A DNA stretch of 5,503 bases, from the IMG/VR virus record IMGVR_UViG_3300029471_000065; one strand, 5' to 3'. The notes under the pieces are model-generated. The model saw only the letters and a program-made list of their open reading frames with translations, was not told where the DNA came from and did not search any database. The DNA comes from a virus (lineage: Duplodnaviria > Heunggongvirae > Uroviricota > Caudoviricetes). How positions within the stretch are numbered: the stretch's first letter is position 1; the number at the start of each line of letters is the position of its first letter. Of this stretch, positions 1 to 5,503 are shown in pieces. Both the position numbers and the translations under genes were made by a program.

Positions 1-391
1 CAGTAGCAGCGTCGTCAAATGCATTATCGCAAGCCTCACCGCCATCAGTTTCTTCGTAGTCAGCACGGAACAGACCATTTAATTTATTGGCTAACTCTTC
101 GCTTGCCTCTCTGTCACCAGGACGAAACTTAACGGTGATTCTGTTATTGCGGTATTCTGCAATGATGCGGTTAAGTTCAGTTGCTACCTTATTGATTTCA
201 AACTTAGGATACTTCTCGAACTGCTCATCAAGCTTAGTTCCAGCCGCCGTTGCTCCTTCCCATTGACCTCCGGGGACACGAGCAAACCTCGTAGCTTCAA
301 TGCACTTTTCGCGCACTTCCTGCTGTGGAGAATAGGCGCGGTCAAACCTGAGCATGATCCGCTCATGTTTTTTCTCTAATGTCTCTGCCAT
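1..391 (-). CDS. Portal protein, N-terminal 130 codons (P22/Sf6-like portal family); gene continues beyond the window start
   Basis: Manual translation of the minus strand from the ATG at 391..389 gives an open frame to position 1 with no stop: MAETLEKKHERIMLRFDRAYSPQQEVREKCIEATRFARVPGGQWEG...ITVKFRPGDREASEELANKLNGLFRADYEETDGG. It is absent from the ORF track because it runs off the window edge. The ATG lies 2 nt after the terL stop (394-396), fitting the usual terS-terL-portal order. Resemblance to the P22 gp1 N-terminus (RFD..., ...YRPKDG...L.G.YR.D pattern) is from memory. Confidence 0.7.
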   Translation of the reverse strand, partial: MAETLEKKHERIMLRFDRAYSPQQEVREKCIEATRFARVPGGQWEGATAAGTKLDEQFEKYPKFEINKVATELNRIIAEYRNNRITVKFRPGDREASEELANKLNGLFRADYEETDGGEACDNAFDDAAT

Positions 392-393
392 GT

Positions 394-1798
394 TTACCAA
401 CCGGAGGATGAGGGAACGTATATTTCAGTTTCTTCGCGGACCAATGCCGGGCAATGCATACACATCATCAGCGCATCAGCCAGGTTAGGAGATGGAATAC
501 CGAGCTTCTGCTTCATTTCGACCTTAGTCATAAGCTCCAGCTTCCCGTTGTTATTGAATTTGCGCTGAATCTGCGTCAGTTCTGCAAACAGCTTCTCCAG
601 CATCTTCTCGCCTATCGCTTCTTTGTCGAAACTCAGCATGTCGTCGGGGTCTGCATACTCACCGTGAACAACCGCCCGATATGTCAGATACAGCCTGTCA
701 GCCAGCGCGTAATAGAATTGCGCTCGCTTATTGCGGAATACATCGCCAATAGTGCGGACGTTGTCGCCCTGCACGACTTCATCAGCCCATGCTCCGGCCT
801 GGTAAGGCGCATCTTCATCGAATGGCGATTCGCTACCCTTGAACATCGTGGCGGTGATTTTCTTACCGGAGAACGCTTCCGTTGTCTGTCTGCGTAGCCC
901 GGCACCAACACCATCACCATCCCACAGGTAGTGGTCAGCGCCGTCTTCAATCGCCAGCGAAGTAGCCCAGTCAGCACCATCGTTGATGTCCATCAGCAGA
1001 CCTTCGGCAATGCGCTTAACTACCGAACCGTGACGCGATGCATAACCTTTAGCATCTGGCCCTGTATCTGATGGGTCATGCGCAGAGACAACAGCGCCTT
1101 TCGCTTTCCATCCGAGTTTCTTGTGCGCATCGGTTGCGGCTTCAAGCCATTCACGTTTGATGATTGCCATATCACTTGCGCTTACTGGCTCACCAAGCCA
1201 GATGTGACGATACAGTGTCGGATTTCTGCGTTTACACTCTTCCATCTCCAGACGGAGAACTTCAGGAAAGTGCGGGTTGTCGGTGTAGTTCACCGTCAGC
1301 AGGCAAATATCATCTGGAGGATTTACGACGAATCGCTGATAGGTATCGTCGAGGATGTTTTTCGGGTTAAAGCTCACCCATATTTCAGAGAACGGCTTAC
1401 GGATGGTTGGTATCAGGATATCCCATGATTCCTTCGTTACCGCCTCCGCTTCTTCCACCCAGCAGATATCAATACCTTCGAGCGATTTAATCTTCGTCGG
1501 GTTGTTTTTGATGCCGTAGAACATGAATTCAGCATTCGTTCCGAGATGACGAATCATTGAACGCTGAATTTCAAACTCAGCCGAATACCCTTCACGCTCG
1601 ATGGTGTCTTCAAGCAACCGGATTACTGATACTGTTTTGCAGTTCACGAGCGCAGAGAATACGCACTGGCTGCCGACGCGCCGCTTCAACAAGCAGTCTC
1701 GCAATTGCCCATGACTTACCGCTACCTCGACCGCCTTTGGCGACTTTGTAGCGATGCGCCTCAATGAACGGTTCAAAGATAGGATTAATCGAGGTCAT
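394..1798 (-). pseudogene. terL: Terminase large subunit (TerL, PBSX/Terminase_3-like ATPase-nuclease), reading frame interrupted by a frameshift near 1635-1638
   Basis: The 62-aa ORF 1610..1798 carries the N-terminus with a Walker A P-loop (KGGRGSGKS) and its ATG overlaps the terS stop by 4 nt (ATGA). The 460-aa ORF 394..1776 carries the rest of a TerL-like protein in a different frame. The two frames meet at minus-strand CTGCAAAACAGTATCAGTAATCCGG; removing one A from the AAAA run (plus-strand TTTT at 1635-1638) joins them as ...[25 protein letters not shown].... The first ~45 residues of the 460-aa ORF (MNRSL...SALVNCK) are out-of-frame read-through, not real protein. Confidence 0.85.
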
Positions 1799-2322
1799 TT
1801 TCCGAACAGAGTGCTCATCGGTGATGTTTCAATCTGGATTGCGCCGCCGTCTTTGCCGGTTAGCTCGTGAGAAGCTTGTTCTTTAAACGCCTGAACGGAA
1901 ACATGCTTACCAAGAAGTTCGAGATTTTTGACCTTATCAGGCCATTTGATTTTCTTCAGAAGTGCGGTGCTATCTGCAGATACCATCTCCACGACATCCA
2001 TTCCTGATAGCGTTGTGCGCCATACCTTAGGCCAGTCTTTAATTGGTTTTAGCTCACCGTTTTGCAGGAGAATGTCGAGCACATCCATCTGATCGATTTC
2101 AATAAGGCGATTAAGCACATATTCTGCATTAATACCAACAAGATCATTGCGTTGCGCTTTCAGTTCGGCGATTCTGAATTGGATGTCAGGTTTTGACATG
2201 TTTTCGGATGCGGTACGGTTAGCTGTCTTTGCGCTGTACCCCGCCCGAATAGCCGCTTGCGTGGCATTTAAATCGATGAGGTACTCGCGACAGAACATTT
2301 CTTGTTTGTCGGTGAGTGCCAT
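1795..2322 (-). CDS. terS: Terminase small subunit (Terminase_2 / P27-type, N-terminal HTH DNA-binding domain)
   Basis: 175-aa ORF beginning [56 protein letters not shown], the characteristic N-terminal motif of Terminase_2 small subunits (from memory). Its stop overlaps the terL start by 4 nt, indicating translational coupling. A weak GGAAG Shine-Dalgarno lies upstream of the ATG at 2322. Confidence 0.8.
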   Translation of the reverse strand: MALTDKQEMFCREYLIDLNATQAAIRAGYSAKTANRTASENMSKPDIQFRIAELKAQRNDLVGINAEYVLNRLIEIDQMDVLDILLQNGELKPIKDWPKVWRTTLSGMDVVEMVSADSTALLKKIKWPDKVKNLELLGKHVSVQAFKEQASHELTGKDGGAIQIETSPMSTLFGK

Positions 2323-2348
2323 TTTTTACTTCCCATAAGGAGATTGTT

Positions 2349-2531
2349 ATGAACGATGACTTTAAAACAGGTGACATTGTTAAACTGAAATCAGGCGGAC
2401 CTGACATGACTATCAGGTCATTTTCATCTACCAACGGTAACTCTTTTCTTTGTCAATGGTTTGCTGGCAAGAAGCTTGAGCAAGGATATTTCAAACCGGA
2501 ATCTCTTGAGCGCGTTACCCCAAAGCCATAG
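2349..2531 (+). CDS. Small protein of the YodC/DUF2158-like family (60 aa), function unknown
   Basis: ATG at 2349 preceded by a strong Shine-Dalgarno TAAGGAG (2336-2342) at 6-nt spacing. Product MNDDFKTGDIVKLKSGGPDMTIRSFSSTNGNSFLCQWFAGKKLEQGYFKPESLERVTPKP carries the GD.V.LKSGGP.MT motif I associate with YodC-like proteins (from memory). The ORF track's longer 2316 start is a GTG extension with no RBS, so the ATG at 2349 is preferred. Confidence 0.75.
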   Translation: MNDDFKTGDIVKLKSGGPDMTIRSFSSTNGNSFLCQWFAGKKLEQGYFKPESLERVTPKP

Positions 2532-2575
2532 TCCCAAACACACCAACCTTAACTCTTGATGATATTTCATCATGG

Positions 2576-2815
2576 ATGATGTCCGTTTTATCAACAGATG
2601 GTTGCCTTTATCAGCAGGATGTTGTGGATTATCTCGTTAAACAACATAACGAGCAGCACCTCAAAGAAAATGCGGATGGCAACCAAGCGCTATCAACAAA
2701 AGTGATTAATAAATTCAGGGTTGATAGCGGTGAAAGTGTTGTTTGGGTTAAGCCAGATAAGTACTGGCGTTTCCGTGTGCCTGAAGACGAAAACGGTCGT
2801 GAAGCTCGCGGTTAA
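2576..2815 (+). CDS. Hypothetical small protein (79 aa), co-directional with and 44 bp downstream of the YodC-like gene
   Basis: Open frame MMSVLSTDGCLYQQDVVDYLVKQHNEQHLKENADGNQALSTKVINKFRVDSGESVVWVKPDKYWRFRVPEDENGREARG ending at TAA 2813-2815, 18 nt before the 2833-2853 hairpin. No clear Shine-Dalgarno before the ATG at 2576, so the start is uncertain (an internal GTG after AGGA at about 2621 is an alternative). No family recognised. Confidence 0.5.
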   Translation: MMSVLSTDGCLYQQDVVDYLVKQHNEQHLKENADGNQALSTKVINKFRVDSGESVVWVKPDKYWRFRVPEDENGREARG

Positions 2816-2832
2816 ACTAATCAACTATAAAA

Positions 2833-2853
2833 GGCAGCATGTTGAGTGCTGCC
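2833..2853. terminator. Candidate bidirectional rho-independent terminator between convergent genes
   Basis: Perfect inverted repeat GGCAGCA (2833-2839) / TGCTGCC (2847-2853) with a 7-nt loop. On the minus-strand transcript the stem is followed by UUUUAUAGUU, 38 nt after the stop of the 80-aa gene. On the plus-strand transcript it lies 18 nt after the stop of the 79-aa gene and is followed by a moderately U-rich tract (AUAUUCAUCUCACUUAUUUGUUAUUU). Confidence 0.55.
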
Positions 2854-2890
2854 ATATTCATCTCACTTATTTGTTATTTCAGGTTGAGCA

Positions 2891-3133
2891 TCATGCTCCG
2901 GTAGTGAACAGGTCTAACGCTTCCTTCGATTTACGCACCGCTTCGATAGTGCGGGTCGTGATATCTGAATTAGCGCCGCCTGACTGGAAGTGAATTTTGA
3001 ATAGCTCAAGCTTCAGCTCGTCAGTGCCAATGAACTGAAATGCTTCTTCTGCGGCTGCGTTCTGGTTCATGACCAGCTTGTAAATCTCTAACTGGAATTT
3101 CTGTTCTTCAGTCATGGGAATAATCTCTGCCAT
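2891..3133 (-). CDS. Hypothetical small acidic protein (80 aa)
   Basis: ORF MAEIIPMTEEQKFQLEIYKLVMNQNAAAEEAFQFIGTDELKLELFKIHFQSGGANSDITTRTIEAVRKSKEALDLFTTGA with a GGAG Shine-Dalgarno 6 nt upstream of the ATG at 3133 (minus strand AACGGAGCCAACAATG). It is followed by the terminator-like hairpin. No family recognised. Confidence 0.6.
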   Translation of the reverse strand: MAEIIPMTEEQKFQLEIYKLVMNQNAAAEEAFQFIGTDELKLELFKIHFQSGGANSDITTRTIEAVRKSKEALDLFTTGA

Positions 3134-3427
3134 TGTTGGCTCCGTTTATCCGTTAAAAGGGATATCAGTTAAGTTATCCCGTGTAGGGTATAAGCCATTG
3201 TCGAGACCACTCATTGAATGGCCTCTGCAATAACCGATGTCTTTCCATCAGTCCGCCACCACAAAGAATCTTTTTTGCCATAAGGCTGGAGGTTCATCTT
3301 TCAGTGGCTGCCAGTGTTATTTCCCCACTTACTGGCTTGGGTTGTTTCGTGGTACTGCCGTAACTGGTTGCCCAGAATAAATTCTGGTTTCATTATCAAG
3401 CCCACCCGTAGATGGGCTTTGGAATGG

Positions 3428-3946
3428 TCACTTTGGCAGTCCGGGGATCGATATTTGCGCCTGCTGCTCAAGCCTTTCGATTCTTGCTATGAGTTGCGGT
3501 TTTTTGATCCTGCCCCAGCGGTTCAGCAAGCGTCCTGACATACTGGCAACATCCTTTTCCTTCATGAACTCCAGCATTAACTCGTTGTGCTCTCTTTGGT
3601 ATGAGTGAGCCATCTCCATCAGCCTGTCACGCATCCAATTAAATGCTTTGATAAACGCCTCTTTGATGGCGGCAGCTTTTTTGCCGGTAAACGACATGAT
3701 GATGTACATCGCACCGTCTTTGGAAATTTCATATTCAACATACTGATTACCCTTGTGTTCATAGGTAACCCGCGAAAAGTTGCTGGTTAGAAATTCATCC
3801 GAACAGTCTAGCTTTTCGATTTTCTGAATGATGTGGTGATGCTGCTTGTCGAAGTAAGATGCTACCTTGCGGGAGGTTGTGATCACGCGATCACCAGAAA
3901 CAACCACCATGTCCCGGAAATCGAGATTAGCCAATTGATGATTCAT
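3428..3946 (-). CDS. Phage regulatory protein, Rha family (antirepressor-like), 172 aa
   Basis: Start assigned to the ATG at 3946..3944 (MNHQLANLDFRDMVVVSGDRVITTSRKVASYFDKQHHHIIQKIEKL...), matching the N-terminal Rha-domain pattern (V.TSR.VA..F.K.H..V...I..L) from memory. The ORF track's 240-aa version extends upstream through the N gap and is an artefact; the upstream in-frame residues (VSEPEKSRYRWRPLSGG...) are low-complexity and span a hairpin. The Shine-Dalgarno is weak to moderate (AAAGG about 10 nt upstream). Confidence 0.7.
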   Translation of the reverse strand: MNHQLANLDFRDMVVVSGDRVITTSRKVASYFDKQHHHIIQKIEKLDCSDEFLTSNFSRVTYEHKGNQYVEYEISKDGAMYIIMSFTGKKAAAIKEAFIKAFNWMRDRLMEMAHSYQREHNELMLEFMKEKDVASMSGRLLNRWGRIKKPQLIARIERLEQQAQISIPGLPK

Positions 3947-4041
3947 AGCGTCTTTACCTTTTAGAAAGTGAGCCTGTCTCACAGAAAAGCCGCCCGAGAG
4001 AGGTCGCCACCTATAACGGCTTTTCTCAGGCTCGCTTACTG

Positions 4042-4146
4042 NNNNNNNNNNNNNNNNNNNNNNNNNNNNNNNNNNNNNNNNNNNNNNNNNNNNNNNNNNN
4101 NNNNNNNNNNNNNNNNNNNNNNNNNNNNNNNNNNNNNNNNNNNNNN
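4042..4146. other. Assembly gap (105 consecutive N)
   Basis: Run of n characters seen directly in the sequence; indicates a scaffolded draft assembly with unknown true length and content. Confidence 0.99.
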
Positions 4147-4575
4147 GCATTGCGTCCTGATGTATTCCTGCAGGTAGTTAACCTGCGCGGTTATCCTGTC
4201 GATTCCACTTCGGAGACGGTAATAATTGAGTTCAGCATCTGCTGTAAGTCCTGGGCTTTCTCCATCGCCCATGCTGCTGGCTCCGGTCGTTGACTTTGCA
4301 CAGGTGGCAGCGACTTGCAGGCGCTTACGCCCAGCAGAAACATCAGCACGGAGACTTTCGATAGTCGCGTTAGCATCAGCAAGCTCCTTTGTATATCTGG
4401 CATCGAGTTCTGCTACGTCACGTTGACGCTTCTGCATGTCAGCGATGATGGATGTGGCTTTGTCGCGCTGCTCTTTGTAGGCGATGGCGTTATCACGGTA
4501 ATGATTAACAGCCCATGACAGGCAGACGATGATGCAGATAACCAGAGCGGAGATAATCGCAGTTACTCTGCTCAT
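4147..4575 (-). CDS. Rz: Spanin inner-membrane subunit Rz (i-spanin), 3' end truncated by the assembly gap
   Basis: ATG at 4575 overlaps the R stop by 4 nt (ATGA). N-terminus [31 protein letters not shown] matches lambda Rz as I recall it, with a single N-terminal transmembrane segment and a coiled-coil-like remainder. The visible 143 codons end ...[11 protein letters not shown] and run into the N block, so the stop codon is not visible. Confidence 0.85.
4191..4376 (-). CDS. Rz1: Spanin outer-membrane lipoprotein subunit Rz1 (o-spanin), embedded in the +1 frame of Rz
   Basis: Start assigned to the internal ATG at 4376, preceded by AAGGAG at 7-nt spacing. Product [61 protein letters not shown] (61 aa) has a signal peptide with lipobox V-S-A-C and a proline-containing mature part. 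It is wholly contained in Rz, as in lambda (MLKLKMM... start, from memory). Confidence 0.7.
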   Translation of the reverse strand: MLTRLSKVSVLMFLLGVSACKSLPPVQSQRPEPAAWAMEKAQDLQQMLNSIITVSEVESTG

Positions 4576-5048
4576 ACCTCAATCTCTCTGACCGTTCCGC
4601 CTGCTTCTTTGAATTTTGCAATCAGGTTGTCAGCCTTATGCTCGAACTGACCATAACCAGCGCCCGGCAGTGAAGCCCAGATATTGCTGCAACGGTCGAT
4701 AGCCTGACGGATATCACCGCGATCAATCATCGGTAAAGCGCCACGCTCTTTAATCTGTTGCAGTGCCACAGCGTCCTGGCTTTTCGGAGAGAAGTCTTTC
4801 AGGCCAAGCTGCTTACGATAGGCATCCCACCAACGGGAAAGAAGCTGGTAACGTCCGGCTGCTGTTGATTTGAGTTTTGGGTTTAGCGTGACAAGTTTGC
4901 GAGGGTGATCGGAGTAATCAGTGAATAGCTCTCCGCCTACAATGACGTCATAACCATGATTTCTGGTTTTCTGCCGTCCGTTATCAGTTCCCTCTGACCA
5001 CGCCAGCATATCGAGGAACGCCTTACGTTGATTATTGATTTCCACCAT
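4572..5048 (-). CDS. R: Endolysin R (lambda-type lytic transglycosylase), 158 aa
   Basis: Product [51 protein letters not shown]... is near-identical to lambda R as I recall it. The start overlaps the S 3' end by 17 nt and the stop overlaps the Rz start by 4 nt, the lambda arrangement. Confidence 0.95.
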   Translation of the reverse strand: MVEINNQRKAFLDMLAWSEGTDNGRQKTRNHGYDVIVGGELFTDYSDHPRKLVTLNPKLKSTAAGRYQLLSRWWDAYRKQLGLKDFSPKSQDAVALQQIKERGALPMIDRGDIRQAIDRCSNIWASLPGAGYGQFEHKADNLIAKFKEAGGTVREIEV

Positions 5049-5355
5049 CTTCTACTCCGGCTTTTTTAGCAGCGAAGCGTTTGATAAGCGAACCAATCGA
5101 GTCAGTACCGATGTAGCCGATGAACACGCTCGTTATATAAGCGAGATTGCTACTTAGTCCTGCGAAGTCGAGAAGGTCACGAATGAACCAGGCGATAATG
5201 GCGCACATCGTTGCGTCGATTACTGTTTTTGTAAACGCACCGCCATTATATCTGCCGCGAAGGTACGCCATTGCAAACGCAAGGATTGCCCCGATGCCTT
5301 GTTCCTTTGCCGCGAGAATGGCGGCTAACAGGTCATGTTTTTCTGGCATCTTCAT
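5032..5355 (-). CDS. S: Holin S (class I holin; dual-start S107 antiholin / S105 holin), 107 aa
   Basis: Product [107 protein letters not shown] matches lambda S from memory, including the Met1-Lys2-Met3 dual start (ATGAAGATG at 5355..5347). Confidence 0.95.
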   Translation of the reverse strand: MKMPEKHDLLAAILAAKEQGIGAILAFAMAYLRGRYNGGAFTKTVIDATMCAIIAWFIRDLLDFAGLSSNLAYITSVFIGYIGTDSIGSLIKRFAAKKAGVEDGGNQ

Positions 5356-5380
5356 GTCTTACCCCCAATAAGGGGATTTG
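5347..5380 (-). promoter_or_regulatory. S dual-start translational control region with upstream sdi-like stem-loop
   Basis: Minus strand reads CCCCUUAUUGGGGGUAAGAC-AUG-AAG-AUG; the CCCC/GGGG hairpin immediately 5' of the two start codons corresponds to the lambda sdi structure that sets the S107:S105 ratio (established for lambda; the sequence here appears the same from memory). Confidence 0.6.
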
Positions 5381-5503
5381 CTCTATTTAATTAGGAATAA
5401 GGTCGATTACTGATAGAACAAATCCAGGCTACTGTGTTTAGTAATCAGATTTGTTCGTGACCGATATGCACGGGCAAAACGGCAGGAGGTTGTTAGCGCA
5501 ACC

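Noticed and set aside
184-366. 60-aa minus-strand ORF
   Set aside because: Lies inside the portal coding region in a different frame; R/S-rich low-complexity product; no RBS.
454-1751. Plus-strand ORFs 454..897, 1078..1428, 1164..1370, 1557..1751 and minus-strand ORF 684..980
   Set aside because: All lie within the terL coding region, antisense or out of frame; the strongly supported TerL homology explains the interval.
1650-1776. Using the ATG at 1776 as the terL start (460-aa ORF as given)
   Set aside because: The first ~45 residues are out-of-frame read-through; the genuine N-terminus with the Walker A motif is in the 1610..1798 ORF coupled to the terS stop.
2147-2434. ORFs 2147..2338 (+) and 2219..2434 (-), and the GTG-initiated 2316 start for the YodC-like gene
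   Set aside because: Both ORFs overlap the well-supported terS and YodC-like genes in other frames; the ATG at 2349 with the TAAGGAG RBS is the better start.
2721-2993. 90-aa plus-strand ORF
   Set aside because: Overlaps the 3' end of the 79-aa gene, the hairpin and the 80-aa minus-strand gene; no RBS; reads through a terminator-like structure.
3200-3330. Short minus-strand ORF beginning MAKKILCGGGL (about 42 aa) as a possible Bor-like lipoprotein
   Set aside because: No Shine-Dalgarno (the upstream sequence is CCTCC), no proper lipobox and no recognisable similarity; most likely chance.
3134-3427. Possible tRNA gene or lambda-type cos site in the non-coding stretch
   Set aside because: No T-loop-like GTTCGAATC motif or cloverleaf-compatible repeats were seen, and the packaging genes are not lambda-type, so a lambda cos is not expected. 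This was not tested computationally.
3314-3790. Plus-strand ORFs 3314..3538 and 3605..3790
   Set aside because: Antisense to the Rha-family gene or within the non-coding stretch; no RBS and implausible composition.
3947-4177. X-containing extensions of the Rha and Rz ORFs and plus-strand ORF 3968..4177
   Set aside because: Artefacts of translating through the N gap; no real sequence supports them.
4226-4518. Plus-strand ORFs 4226..4426 and 4315..4518
   Set aside because: Antisense to Rz/Rz1; Ser/Ala-rich, typical of reverse-strand reading of a coding region.
5147-5371. 74-aa plus-strand ORF
   Set aside because: Antisense to the S holin gene.
1-5503. CRISPR arrays, rRNA, insertion sequences or attachment-site repeats
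   Set aside because: No regularly spaced direct repeats, rRNA-like sequence or terminal inverted repeats were seen anywhere in the window.

Overview
This window is the late region of a lambdoid phage or prophage, with every structural gene on the minus strand. Read along the minus strand (high to low coordinates) it contains: the lysis cassette S holin, R endolysin and Rz with embedded Rz1 (5355 to 4147); a 105-nt assembly gap of N (4042-4146); a Rha-family regulator (3946-3428); a 294-bp non-coding stretch; an 80-aa hypothetical gene (3133-2891); then the packaging genes terS (2322-1795), a frameshifted terL (1798-394) and the start of a P22-like portal gene (391-1). Between the 80-aa gene and terS sit two small plus-strand genes (2349-2531 YodC/DUF2158-like, 2576-2815 unknown) oriented against the late operon, closed by a hairpin at 2833-2853 shared with the converging minus-strand gene. 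S and R look essentially lambda-like by recollection, whereas Rz diverges after about 31 codons and the packaging genes are not lambda Nu1/A, so the region is mosaic. The most interesting candidate is the antisense two-gene cassette, whose function I cannot assign from sequence. All homology statements are from memory of protein families, not from database searches.
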